Assembly (NCBI GenBank): GCA_024137785.1
Contig: JAHRHZ010000058.1
Location: forward strand, 10,340,255 to 10,404,254
Direction of reading: 5' to 3'
Origin: Ginglymostoma cirratum
Lineage: Eukaryota
Length of the DNA: 64,000 nt
Shown here: positions 11,601 through 26,600 of the stretch, piece by piece
Position numbering within the stretch: the first letter of the stretch is position 1
How the letters are laid out: every line of letters starts with the position of its first letter
Made by a program: the position numbers and the translations under genes
Notes under the pieces: model-generated
Databases searched by the model: none
Seen by the model: only the letters and a program-made list of their open reading frames with translations
What the model was told of the DNA's origin: nothing

Positions 11601-14600
11601 TTGTGACGTCGCATGAGCCAGATCTTCACAGTTCGCTGAACTACAATAATCTTATGATAATCATCAAGATATTTTCTGCGTTGAAGACAAGTTCTGAACC
11701 ATCTCTATAATGAAGTGTACATGTATTACTGTACATTAACAAATAACTTATTCAAACCAGCAAAAGCATCAAGGAGACATTCAACATCCACTCAACCAGA
11801 AATGGATTTGGGAAAAGCTGGAGAAATAGCAAAATAAATTTTGGATTAAATACTTCAAGCAGATTGGATGAACAAGTAGTCATTCAAGGTAATTTTGGCA
11901 ACAGCAATTCAACTTGGCAGTACCAGCATATTTGAGATTATATGACAAAATGAGCAGAATCATGACGATTGTGGATTCAAGTCTCAATCTATGATTTAAG
12001 GTCAAAAATCAAGGCTGACATTTTGGAATGCTGCATTATTGGAAGTGCTATCTTCAAGAGGAGAGGCTAAAGCAAAGCTTCTGACTTGCCTATTCAAATA
12101 ACACAAAAGATCCAACATCCTGGTCAACACTATGCTCCAACACAACCACCAAAATGGACTTTCTACTTGTTTCTCATTCAGTTTCTGTTTTGGAATTTTA
12201 TATACTGTGGGCCACTACATAGACAACGACAGTGAATGCATCCTCACCATTTGCCTTCCCACCTGCGCTTTGGCAGGATGAACAAGGGAGCAACATTTAA
12301 ACAGCATCTGGACAAGCACTTAAAATGCCAGTGCATAGCAGGTATGGACCAAGTGCAGGTAAATGGGATTAGTATAGTTTGGTGTCTGTTGGTCAGCATA
12401 ACCATGGTGGTGGGCCAAAGGGTCTATATCTACACTGTATGACTGAATTCATCTGATGTTACATGAATGTCATTTCTTCAGAAGATTAGGTATTCTCAAG
12501 CAATTGTAAAAATTTAGAAAAAGTTAAAAGACTTGTAAAGGCTCAAGTAATCATAAAACACAATGGGATTAATTTGTTTTGTTAAAATGCATAGACACTA
12601 TAAATGTGTTTGATCTATGTAGTGACCAGAATAGTTCTTCATTGTCAACAAGTGTAAACTTCCAGCTTTTTAAGAATTGCTGTTTTAAAATGATCACCTG
12701 GATTGAACTTCACTGTTTTCTTTTTTTTACCTGAATAAAGATGACAGAATTGATTTCATTTCTTGCACATTTAAGAGCCCTGTATCTTTTGTACGTTCTT
12801 TGAATCTTAAAAGCACAAAGGTGGTGATAGACAGCAGCAGCGAAACAAAGCTTCTTTTCTGCCAATTTTTGTTCAACAAGCTGTAAAGTGAGGAGGAAAA
12901 ATAAATACAGAAGCAAAGGAGGCATTTATGGCATTCTAGCTACTAGGGAAAAGTCAAAATTTTAAAATCCGAATAGATAATTTACACCTTTCACACAGCC
13001 TTCTGGAACAAAATGTACATTCAACTTAAATATGTATCTTGAAACCAAACACATTTTTCCACTTCCTAATTTAAGCCCCTTATACTGACAAATGAAAACT
13101 ATCCCCAACGATCCTATAGCACGAAGGGCAGTAGTGATTTTCACAGCTACTCTCTTCATCCCCTGTGCCCTGAATGCAAGCAACTGGGGCTGTATCTTTT
13201 GTTTTTGGGTTTTAGACATTTTGAATATTTTGTTTAAGACAGTGATGTAGCCGTGTAACATAATTTCTCCCTTCATTCAGCTGACACTAGGTCAGAGAGT
13301 TTTAGCTCAGATTTACCTTTTATTTAGAGTCTTTTTTTAAAAGAAGTTTATTCATGGGATTTAGACATGATTGGCTGGGCCGGAATTTATTGTCTATCGC
13401 TGGTTGTCCTCGAGAAAGTGACTGTGGGTGCTTTCTTGAACTGTTGCAGATACATGCTATGGTAGACACACAACGTCATTTGGGAGGGCGTTCCAGGTTT
13501 TTGACACAGAAACACTGAAAGCATGGTGATATACTTCCAAGTCAGGATAGCAAGTGGCTTGGAGAGAACTTCCAGGTGGTGCTGTTCCCATGCAGCTGTC
13601 CTTGTCCTTCTAAATAGCAGTGAGAGTGGGTTTGGAAGATGCTGTCAGAAGAGCCTTGGTGAATTTCTTTCACCCCATTTACCAAATCCAGCCTTTAACA
13701 AAAGCTTAATAAGCCCCAACTGAAAATTAGAGCAAAATTGAACCGATAACACATTTTAGGATGATCACCTTGCACAGATTTCCTCGACAAACTAAGTTAG
13801 TTATCCACTTCTCCCTACGTGATAACAATTTATATTGAACAATGTATTTCATCAATTTTGAAAAAAACTAGCATGAATTTGGTAGAGGTAAATTGTGCTT
13901 AATGAACTTGACGGAACATTTAGATGAGAAATAGAGTTTTTGTGTTAATTATAGACTTCCCAAAGGTATTTGATGAAGAGACATGTAATAGACTTGCTGG
14001 CAAAATGCCTGGAATAAAAATTGGTTATGGCAGCATGAATACAGAGTGATACAGAATACAGAATAGTCGAGTGATAAGGAATACAGAACATTTATGAAAA
14101 GTTGTTTTTTTGGGTTGAAGGGTAATATTGTCATGTCCAGTAAGGCATGACAGTTTTAAACTTGTATTTTTTAAATGGACACGCCTTTTAATATGGCAAA
14201 TACCAAAACCAATACTTAATTAAAATATGTACAAACACAGCTACATGTGAAATTCACAAGTCCTTTTAAGAATGAACCATCAAACATGACAATATACTAG
14301 GAACAAAAACAGAAGTTGCTGGAAAAGCTCAGCAAGTCTGGCAGCATCTGTGAAGAGAAAATCAGAGTTAATGTTTCAGGTCCGGTGACTCTGCCTCAGA
14401 ACTTTTTATGACAACACACCAACTGCTCAATCTTCCTGCTTCACTGTGGACAACAGAGATGTTGAGACTCAGTGGGTGTTAGGCAAATGTAAAAATGATT
14501 CTGATCAAACTTCCACTGTTTTGTGATGACTTCTCATCTGAAATTCAAAGACTTTGCTGTCTCAAACACCTGGTATGAAGAGCCACAATTCAGGAAGTAT

Positions 14601-17600
14601 AATAGCTCAACACTAGCTTTTTTGGGAAAGGATAATTGAGCTTGAAACAGGCCAAGAGTAAGACGTCATGTTTGTTACCTGTTCTTTTAAAACTTGCAGC
14701 AGAAGGCACTCTAATCAGAAACATGAGGAGAGATAACATCTGAAACATTATGAAAAGCTATTGAACCAGCTGCAAGCCAAAAGGTAGCCAAGGTAAAATA
14801 ACAATAATTTAAGTAGGAGAATGATTCTCCCCAGCATGTTCCACCTCAGGTTCACGTGACATCCTAGCAATTCAGCTGCAAGAAACCCTGAAGCATCGTC
14901 TGCTATACAAAGCCTCCTTTCCAGTTGAAGCATCAATTCAATTAAGAAACATGCCTGCTAGGAAAGACACTTAAAAAAGGAGCTCTTTATCTCCTTCATC
15001 TACAGATAAACCTTTGTGTATGTGATAGTTGAGATGTTGTTTTAAACATCTGAGACAAGGTGATTTATCTGGTTTTATTATCTGGGATAATAATTTATCT
15101 GGTTTGTTTTAAACTCAAATATTTGATGTTGAAAATTATTTAAACTGGGACAAACCACTCCGTGGGCAAGAAAATACATTAACATCACAGAACAAAAATA
15201 CTTTGATCACAGAAAAATAAGACAACATACAAGCTCATGTCTGTGACAAATGGAGGGCGACAAGCCAAAGTTGATTCATTACAAATATCAAAATCTGACT
15301 TCAAAAGGAGGCAGGAGGGAGATTGAGAAAAAGACAAAATTGTTGAAACAAAACAGGGAATTGTTTGGGAATACTACCAATAGAAATTAAAATGGCTACC
15401 TTTGACATGAAAGCATTTCTGCAAGAGGACTCAACTTAGCAAAAATTAGTACCCCTAAACATAGGGCAATTAAAAACCATAGCTAAGGAGATAGACTTTA
15501 ACATATACCTTAAAGCATGGAGTCAGAAAGCAGTAAAGATGCCGGCTGAGTATTTGGACCTCATTCTTGATTCAGGGCAAGTAGAAGTTACAGAATTTGA
15601 AACAGGCCAAGTTATCTTAAATCTGCTTGGAAGAATGAAGGCTACAATTACAACTTAAAGCAAGGGAGAAAGGAGAAGACCAAGTGGAGAAGAACAAAGA
15701 GAGAAGATCAAAAGAAGAACAAAAAAAAGAGAAGCCCAGAAAGGAGAAAAAAAAGAAAATTTCAACTGATTCAGGAAGGAAACACTTAAAAGATTGAGTA
15801 AGAGTTACAAGTACAGAAAGACAGGGAATTGAGGCTCTTGCAGCAGCTAGGACCTAATAATAATTTCAATACACTTAGGCAGGAAACACATTTTGATTTC
15901 CTAAAATATTCCTAATTTGTGCACAATTTGAAGGAGGACGTCGAAACTTTCTTTACAGCCATTGAAAAACTGGCAGCTCAATTACAATGGCCAGAGGTTT
16001 GAATTGAATACAATAGTAATCTATTGTCATGTGTATTTTTTACAAAAAAAAAAGTGAAAAGTGTTTAAGTCGCTATACTGTGGTATCTATATTAATAACA
16101 GAATGCATAGATGAGAAAGAATTTTTAAAAATTAAGACAAAGTTCATCCGAGTTAAATTCATGGCTCCCGAGCTCAGGCAGACAGTACCGCTGCAGAAAG
16201 CCGGTGAAGACCACCATGCCAGGCCGCTGGAATACTGAGCCAGAAACGACCGTCGAAGCAGACCGTCCACACAGGGCCGCTGGAATCCTGGGCCACAAGA
16301 CTCAGCTGAAGCCGACCTAAGGATCAATCTCATCACTGAAGCTGGCCACCTACGCCTGGCACTGGAATCTCGGGAATGAATGTCAGGATCTGTATAGCGT
16401 GTACTTGCTTCCTACTGAGGCTAGTGTTGGATTCAATTGCCTCCAATGTGACATTAGATTGTTGACAGCAATGGCATGGCATAGGGCTGGGTGAGACCCT
16501 TCTGAGGTCGGGATCCGCAACTGAGGCATTCATTACACAAAGGCAGTTTGTCAGATAAAACTGGAGGTTTATTCCATGCTGTAGGCTTATGGTGCTGCCA
16601 CTAACGATCATATCAAGTACTCAAACTCAAGTGTTATACCAGTGCAACTCGAACTTTAAAGAAGCAAAGTCAAGCAAGGTACTGTGGACTTTAAAACTAA
16701 TGAAGGAGCTGAATCAAAGGACTGGTCATACGACCAGGTCTTTCCAGATTTTATTAGGATGAAAAGAATTTCCAAAGCTACATACTTTGTGATAACTCGG
16801 TTACACTCTCCTGCAATTAAGTCACATACAGACGTCTGTGCATGCTAAAGATCATTTTAAAAATACAACTCATGAGAATGCAATGCACCCAGACTGTAAT
16901 TAATAATCTTAAAATAAAGATGTGGATGTCACAAAGAACTAGCAAAAGCCAAGACGAGCAAATCCACGATAGCAGTTATTAGAGCTGGTGTCTCCTTTGA
17001 ATTCACTTATTAAGATCAGCAAAAGTGACAGTAATTCTTATCAGTTCCTCTTCCCTTTTGAAATAGTATCTGGTTATCTTTTTAGAGCATGTCTGCTCTG
17101 ATGATTACATTGGTAAATGATTAAAGTTTAGTTCATTTCATTATTTTTTGCGTCACAAACATTTCTCTGATGCATGTTACATGGTGTTGCATTGATAATT
17201 TTTTGTTTTAAATTACCATTAAAAAAACTCTCTTTGCTATTTCCTATCATTGAGGTTATTTAAAAGAATTAAATAAAGCCTTTTCCTTTTTGTTTCAATT
17301 AATGCATTTTGATCATCTTTGCCAAATTTTTGCAAACTAGTACTGTGAAAGCACTCATATCAATGACTTAAACATGGGCATACAGGCAACAACTTAAAAA
17401 TTTGGAGATAACCAAACTTTAAAACTATCTTAAAATATGAAAAGGATAGTGATAGACTTCTAGAAGACAAGGCCGGTGAAATGGAATAAATTACGGATAA
17501 AAGGTAATACAGAGAAGTGTGAAGTGAGACAGTTGTCAGAAGAATAAGTAGATGTAATATTACAAAGGATACAAGTCTAAGGAGTTTAGGAGCTGAGGGA

Positions 17601-20600
17601 CCTGAACGTATATGATCACAAATTGAAGATGGAAGGACATGTCAAGCACAGCTAATAATGAATCTGAACCCTGGACTTCATCGTAAAGGCATATAGTACA
17701 AAGTAAATATAATGAACCTTCATAAAACATTGGTTTGGTCTCAACTGGAACATTGTATTCGATCTGGATACTATGCTTTGGTAAGGATGTGAAAGGATTA
17801 GAGGGGGTGCAGAAAATATTCATGAGGGTGGATCCAGGGAAAAAAAAATTCAGTTAGGTGGACAGATCAGGGAAGCTGGGCTTGTTCACCTCAGACAAGT
17901 GAAGATGTAGAAGACATGTGATAAAACTGCTCAAAGTCATGCATAGACCACCCAGAATAGATAGAAAGAAGCTACACCATTTGGCAGAAAGCTTAATAAT
18001 TTTAATGGAATAGATATAAAAGATTAGCAATAGAAGCAAAGGTGGCATGAAGAACAATGTTTTTATACAACTGGTAGTTAGGACTTAGAATGCAATTTCT
18101 GAAAGGGCGATGGAGGCAGAATCACCATGCTTTCAAAAGCAAATTACGTAAGCCCCTTAAGTTAAAAGGTTTGAAGTATTTTCTACAATAACGTGTATTT
18201 TCTACAAGCGTAAAATATTCTGGGAGGTTTATAAGAGTGCTAATTGAGCTAAAAACGAGCTTCAATAAATTAGAACTCATCGTAGTTACTAACATCATAC
18301 CTTTTTGCGAACAAGCCAGCCACGACATATGGATTGCAAGAGAATTACAGCCTGTCTGATTTTTTTGTACTTCATGTTTTCAGTTTTTGCAAGTTGCCAA
18401 GTTCTGTAAATTCTTTGAATGATCATTGCAGCCATTCTTTGCTGAAGAAACTTCTTTCTTTGTTTATAACCTCTGTAAGCAGACTGAATTTGAGAGGCGG
18501 CTTCATGTTTCTGCAATCCCAAAAATATACATTTATTATACCACCGGTACTTATTTTGTAAAAAGTAATTTGCTCTAGTAACTTGACTTTTGATATCCTA
18601 TTTCAAACATTTAAAAACACTGATCTAGGATTGTGAGTATTTAATTAAAATTCATTCTTTGTGTAAGTATAAAGGATGGCAATATACAAATCTGAGAAGA
18701 AGTAACCAATTATTTTCCAGGAATCTGTTCTGGGACTCCTGTGATTCATGATATTAAAAGGTGCTAACAGGCCATTTGTTAATTACATTGTTGTATGGAA
18801 AGGCAATGAGTAGAATTTAACCAAGGAAGTTAAACCAAACATACAGTTGCACTTGTATTCTGACATTTATAAATGAGGTATATAAATGGATTGTACAAGG
18901 TGGCAGAGTGATCTGCAGATGCAGTATTAAAATTTTTCTAAAAGATTGCTAGAACACACCAAATGTCATCCTGACTGTACTCCACATCACCCCTTGTTGC
19001 AATAAAATGGAAGATACAAGTTACAATCTACAGTTCTCAATGTCAAAGTTCAAACAAAAAGACTACAGACAAATTACACACTATGCAATAGTCCAAACCT
19101 TTTTTTGACTGAAGTTTGCATGGCTTTTAGTTCAAGAGTTATACAAAGCATTACCTTGTCTTCTCCCTCCTGTGCAGAATTAGGCAAGTATCAATTTCGG
19201 AGACTTTCAGAGGATTCCCCACCATGAGCTCTGGTGAGATATCAGGCAATTCTCCACTGCTCACCCCATTACGTGCACACCTTACTGCACTCATCAAATT
19301 GTGCCCTCACCTGTAGAGGAAATACTTACTGCTGCTGAGACCTTTCAGGGTTTGAGCCACTAGTGTTATATTTCAAGTCCAGTTGCGCAGCAGATCAAAT
19401 ATTGCCAGCCAGGACTAGTACTTCACAGTACACAGTGGGGTGGGATTGGGAAAAAGCATTGAAGCACATACAGGTGGCACGAATAACATTTCATTGGAAA
19501 CAGAACTCACAATCATAGATATTTAATGTTTTTACATCAACACCTGTTTAAATAATTGTCATAGCTGCAAGAATTTGAACCCTATCCGAAGACAGTGAAT
19601 CTTTCTCTAATACCCAGGGTAGCTTAACAACTTGGCATTGCTCCATACTAAAGCATCACAATATCACAAAGCTTTCAGACAGCTGGTAATACCAACTTTT
19701 ATTTAACAGCATAGAAAGGGTGATGAAAAACTTTTTTTAAAATAGCTGCATTTGTCTTCGGAAGTGAAAAGAGTTGTTTCCCTTTTGAATGATAACTTCA
19801 CCCAACTCACCTGTTGGGAGTAGGTGTCAACTAATTCCTGTTTGGCCTATTGTGCCCAATGCTGCCCTATTCTATCACACTGTAGGTGATGTTCTTCTTG
19901 CTCAATGCCCTTATTTTTCTGCTGCTGCTGCTCTCCCAGCTCTTTAGCATCCATCACATCCCTCTTTTCCTGCTTCATTGTCCAAAATACACCAAGCAAG
20001 GATTATGTAGTACACACCGTTTGTACTATACTCCCACCTGATCTATACAAGCATTGGAACCTCATCTTCAGGAGAAGACTTCCTCCTCTACCATGCCCTG
20101 GACGTAGAATGGCTGCTTTTTTTCTAAACTTGGCTTTAGTCAGCATGTTCAGTAAAGGAGTCATCAATCATGGTTGTCAAGACTAGGCACCTAGCAGCTA
20201 TCCTTCTAAGGTACCTAACCATTGAAATGAAGCAGGAACCTGAACTATCAAGGACATAAAGCCTCATGGCTGCTTTTAAGGTCTTTGATGCCAACCTTGA
20301 AGATGTGACCACAGATGACTTCTACATTTACCGAACGGAAGCATTTTCTATTATTAATATCAGCCACATTGTACAGTGCTGAATGCTAGATGTTTTAGCC
20401 AATAGCATTCCTCACCTGGCTTATGCAGCTTCAAAGACAAAGTCTACCATCTGGGCTGTAGCACGAATCTAATCATTGGGAAATAAGGTGAAACTGTGTT
20501 TGAACTTGCACAGATTACATCAATAACAGCCTTGATGCATTTGTGGATTGAGACATTCTGCCAACCCCTACTGGGCCACTGGAAACAGCCAGCGGCATAA

Positions 20601-23600
20601 AAATTGAATGCAGCTGTCAACTTGACGGTCAGGGGGATTGAGTGGCCACCCACCCATTCAGATTGCAAGTTCTGCTCCAGCTCTGTGACAATGTCCTAAA
20701 CAATGTTCCCGCTAGCTTGTTTTCCTGCTGCACGATCCTCCAAGATCCCCGCATGGCAAATAATTTGAAGATAGGAGTCAATGTCCAAAGCATTGTTGGA
20801 TCACTGCACGTGGAACTTCTAGTGGCTGCGTGGCTTAGAGAGAACTTGGTTCCTGGATAGTGTTCCAGTTAATTTTCTTTCCTGCTGCGCAGACCTCCAA
20901 GATTCATGTAGGCTTCCTGCAGTTATAGCTGCGATCAACGTGCTGACGCCAATCGGCACCTTAGGTGTGCAGCTCAGAGGGAGCATTGTTCATGTGACAT
21001 CCTTAGCTTGTGACAGCAATGCACCTCACTCATTCAGAGGAAATGGCATCATGGATGACAGACTGAGCCTCCTGTACCACCTCCACACCTTGAGGGTATC
21101 TCCAGCTGCAACCTCTTTCGCATGGAAATTGTCCAGCTCGTGGTCTTGGGTTTGCTAGCCCCTTTGTCCTTCCTCAATTTCCCAGAGCTTTTTTTGCACC
21201 ATGGGAACAGCAACAATAACCCCTGCTGTGGCTGGATCCATTGGTCACAGTTCCAATGAAACCTATAGGGAATGTCAGATACAGACAGGTCCCTACGAAT
21301 GTGAGCATTCGCAGCACACACAAATGAAAGTTTAGCATAGTCCTCAATACAGTGCAACATAAAGGATTCGGTCAAGGAGGGCCACGGAATGCATATACAT
21401 GTACCTGTTATTTGGTTGACCTTATTCTAATCTATGCACCATAACCCATGTTTTGCAAACAATGAATGAGATTAGAATTAGTGAAACCCTGTTTCCCAAC
21501 CCCATCCATCACACCACCTGAGAAAAGCAGCATTGTTCAAGGTGAGAGAAAATCATCTCAACACCTTTGTGTAGCCAATGAAGCCTTGGATTGTTTTTGC
21601 AAGTTGTGGCCCACAAGACAAGAAGTCACCTATGATCACTTCTACTTCACACAGATGACCATGATCAATTTGCAATGACCAACAACGCGTTAAAGATTGC
21701 ATGTGGTCAATATGTGTACTTGATATAGTTGGTCACTGCATGAGTTTTGTTTGTAGAATTTTATGACCACAGATATTTTAAACCCACATGTACAAGTGCC
21801 TGATCGCAACAATGACCTCAATAAGGGCAAACACCCTCTCATGCCTCACAAGTAGAGCCTGCACCCTCAACAAATATACTGCCCACTTGCAAGCATGGCA
21901 GGAGCCCTTTTGCATTTGCATTGCGATTCAGATGAAAATGGAAAACAACACAGCTGGTGCTTTGTACAGCAAGTCACAGGCTCGGCCTTTCAACCCAAGT
22001 GACAGCCACTAACATTCAAGTTCTTCCTTTTTCCCTTGCACTCCTTGTTGACCCATCAGTTCTGATCTTCCACATGCTCAACTCTTTTATTTAAGTCTCC
22101 ATCTGCCAACATCCCCAATCCATGGGCCTACAGTTTAGTAATGCGATTGTGATGTACTGGGTGCACCAGGGTGGCAGTGGCTGTCAAATACTGCTAGTCC
22201 AAGAGTAAATTATGTCTTCTAATGCACGATTGTCTCCCACCATGGTACAGAGTTGTCCAGTATCATGATTACTGTCCCACCTGTATCCCAGCCTGCTGCT
22301 TCCATTCTTCACAACTGGCTTTCCAAGTTGTCCATGGTAGCAGTGGACTCTATAATCTGCTTTGATTTTAATCGAACAGACTCCCAGGACTGACAAGGAC
22401 CTAACCCCTGACTGACTTGGAGGAAAACTCCCAACTGACCTCTTTACAGCTTCACAACTGGCTGACTGTAATATACAGACTGATGCTCAGAATCTGCAGA
22501 ATTGAACATGGCCCACTCCCTAGACTGCAAAAACAAGGAACCCTGATACTGATTGTCCAAACACAGTTCACGGCTTAAGTCAGTCACTTGCACATTGATA
22601 CAATCAGGTAAGGACAAAAATCACATGACACCAGATTATAGTCCAACAATTTGAAAACACAAGCTTTTGGAGCCTGAGGAAGGAGCTGAGCTCCGGAAGC
22701 TTGCATTTTCAAATAAACCTGTTGGACTATAACCTGGTGTTGTGTGATTTTTGACCTTGTCTACTCAAATCCAACATCAGCGCCTCCACACCTTGCTTGA
22801 CTGTGGCAGGGTTCCTCTGTGATAACAGACCCCTTTGACTTGACTACATCCATTAGACTAGCTATATAGTTGAAGCATATGCAATGTGTTTGCTGCGTAA
22901 ACTAATGGCATATGCTGTAGGCATGACTTTCACGTAGCACAATGCTGTACAGCAACACATCCACTATCTTGACTGATCACTTCTGGCAACCGTGACAAGC
23001 TGTCCAGTTGTGTTTGCACCAAAAAGTGAGGCAAGACAGAAATACTGTCGGACTGTGAAGCAGGAATGCTCAAAAAGGCAAGTCATGGGCAGAGATACAG
23101 TATGCATCCAAGTGAGAATTAAGGGAGCAAGCAAGGAGCCCTGACATATGCCCTATTCTGATGAATGAAATGGTGCCTGTCCCTACGTGCAAAAGTGGCC
23201 TACCAGGTGCACAGCACTGAAAGGTGTAGGTGCACTCCAAAATGAAGTATTCTAAGTGAATCACAGATGTGCCATGATAATGGGAAGGCTGGTGCATTCC
23301 GATGTCAATCTCCATGACCAAAGGATGCAGGTGGATGCTGCCCACGTAGTATGCCCTGAGGTTTCAGATCAGACTTATATGTTTAGAATTGCCACAATCT
23401 AGTTTCTCTCCAGTGAAATAGCAAACTGCATATATATGAGATAATTCATGCATTTTATATAGGCCTCTCACCACTCACTAACAACATTTTCATCTCGCCA
23501 TTAAAACTTGGGTGGAAAATTAGACTTATTTTAGCGCCATCAAGAATCTCATTCTTTCTAATCATGCTATGTTTTCCCAATGGACTTGCCATTGTTGAAA

Positions 23601-26600
23601 CCTCTGTTTTTGTTTCAGAAACTAGGTCAAAATTATTCGAGTCCACTTCTTCCTCAAACCTTGTCAAAATGTCTAAAAAATAAAGATTACTTTAATCCTA
23701 GCAATTTAGTTAGGATTTGAATCCTGATCCCGGAACTAAAATGAAAACAGAAGTTTAGAGTTTCCATTCTCAGCACAATTCGCTCGAAATTAGCCAAAGC
23801 ACCACCATAACAGAATTTTAAATTCAATTCACAGCCAGCATAACTGAAGTGTCTGCAAACTTTAACATGGTTTAATCATCATACTGGAAGCTGGGAACCC
23901 ACCCATAAAACTGGACTCATCTTAGTTCAAAGGATTAGGCATGGAAAAAATGTGCAGAATATTCTAGAAAAACTCAAAAGGTCTGGCAACATCTATTGAG
24001 AGTTCTGAAGAAGAGTCATGCTGGACTCAGAAACATTAACTGTTTCTCTGGGCACTGGTGCTGCCAAACCTGCTGAGTTACTACAGCATTTTATGCATTT
24101 GTTTCAGATTTCCAGCATCCAAAGTATTTTGCTTTTAATAAGCATGGAGAGTTTTCTCAGAATGAAGAGCTGCCTTGAACAGGTATAAACGATTGTAGGT
24201 GCTTAGTGACACAAAGTTATACTTGAAATATTTAAAAAATGATTTGTTTTACAAGGAACAGACTGAGCATGAAAGATACTACTAAATAATACCATATAAT
24301 GGGTTGACATTAATTTTAATTATTTAATAGTGGGTACTCAGGTGGTACATTAGAAACACACTGTAAATGCTTACTTTTGCAATAAACTCATTTTTAACCC
24401 AAATGAATAAAGCTGCACAGGTTAACACTCTCAAGTACAATATAGTAACGTCTTTTAATGTAACAGGAGGCAGGGGTGGTGAAGGAAATCAATTACCTTT
24501 ATAATGCTGCCAGGTTGCATTGGTTCAAGGAAATGTTGGATTCAGTGATGGAAACTGTGTTTGAGCTGACATCTGAATCTTGGAAAATTCACACAATTTG
24601 TTCCTGGGTTGCACAGAGGACCCAAAGTGAAGTTTCTAACCCAGTATGTTTATGCTGATTCCTCAAAAGCAAAGCAAGCCAAAGAAAACTAAGAAAATGC
24701 AGTCTACCTTTATCAGCTGATTTCTGGTTCTAAATCCTTTCCAAAATGCCTGGATTTTGATTGCTGCCATTGTTTTTCTCATGTTTTCATCCTGCAATCT
24801 TCTTGTTGCAACAGTTAGTCTCCATTTTTGTTGAATAACAATTGAGGCAGCCCGGATCTTTAAGAACCTAGTTGTGAAATACAAGGAAATGCAATCAATT
24901 CAAACCATTTTGAAAAAAAGGGACAATTTAAATCAGGATTAAAAAAAAAGCAGTCAACTCCTGTACTTTGTTTACCACAGGTGCCTAGAAAATGACACTG
25001 ATAAATTCTCAGATAGCAAACCAGGCAGCAAAAATAACAGATAATCATTCATTTTTAGACCATTTCACAGGGAGCATGGAATGGAGGCTGAAACAGCAAA
25101 CGTTTTATAAAAAGTAAAACATGGAACAACGGTGTGACTATGATGTGACATTGAATGTGTACATCACAGAAAGTTGTGCAATGTCGTGTGATCTTTCTTG
25201 CAGCTTTGAGGCACGCTGAAGCCATGATAAGGTATTCGTAAGTAAGATGTTTTCTTTACCTCAGCAGATTATCTAAAATATTCTTTGGCAGTGTAATAGA
25301 TGAAGAATTCTAGAACTACACAAAAAGCAGTGACATGGGATTTAACATTTTAAATGTTTTCATAATGAGAATGGTATGTAATAAGTTTCAGTTCACGACG
25401 GAGGTCTGATTTCTGTGTTAATTGCATCTAGAACAACAGCATTCCTAATGAAAGAGCAGGGCATTTGGGCCAACAAATTCCAGATTTAAAAGTTCATGTG
25501 CTAACTGATATGACTGCTAAGCTGTGCAGTTACAAATCAACCTAAAAGCTACCACACAGGTTAATAACGTGCACAAGTGGCCAGACAAGAAAATTTAATG
25601 GGATTTTATAACAAGAAAAATAAACATGACTGTGCAGCATAACGAAAGTTCACAAGGTAACATTTGTGATCACGTCAGAAGTTGCTATCAGTTTCACAGG
25701 GCAACATTGGTAAAAGCTAACTTCTGTTTTCTCTAGAACTACAAAACACGGTGTAATTTTTTAAAAAATTATTTCCCATAAAATGTTACCTAGATCTTTC
25801 TTGTTTTGTTCTCAATTGCTGTTGGATGAATAGAACAGAGTCAAGTATAGACTTGTACCGCCGACGTTCAACTTGAGCCTTGAACCATGCCTGGATTTTT
25901 TGTGCAGCTCTTGTTTTTCTGGCTAGCTGCCTTGCTTTGTATCCACGGAATGTGTTCTGAAACAAATTAAAATATGGAGTAAAATCTTTATTGACAATGG
26001 ATGTCGAAGTTGGTCAGAAAGAACAGTAAACAGTTAAGTACAATTATGCATTTCAAGTAAAAAAAAAGCACACCGAGGTCATAATATTTATGCAAACAAC
26101 GCCTCTAAAGTGAATCATGTATGCCTGACCAGGATGCCTTGAATAAAAATGTGAAGGAACACAAAAAAAAAAATGAAATGCTGAAAGGAGCATCAACTTT
26201 GAAAGGTGAAGAGAAAACACAGCACAAAGAACATATCAAAAATTGGATCAACTGATCTAGTTGAAAAAAAGCTAACTTCAATAAACCACTTGTTATTGCT
26301 GAAGGAAAGTGCAATACTACAAAGCGAGAAGTGGTGCTTCAGTTTAAATCGGAGTTTAATAACAATGTCTAGAAATTGTGCATGTATTTGATGGAATTGC
26401 ATAATAAGGACTGATATCCGGGTTCAAAAAAAGGAAACAAAACAAGAGATATTGAGTGACAAAAGGTGTGAAGAGCAGAATGTTGATGCTTACAAAAGCC
26501 CAAAACTTGGTTAAATTATAAAGCGAAACTGAGAACTGACTGCATCACACTTCGGTTCGATGAGATGAGCAGTCATTGCCAAGGTGACCAAATCCATCAG

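Noticed and set aside
20444-20668. HARBI1-like ORF as a functional domesticated nested gene
   Set aside because: Surrounding transposase motifs contain several stops and frameshifts, and the catalytic acidic motifs are decayed.
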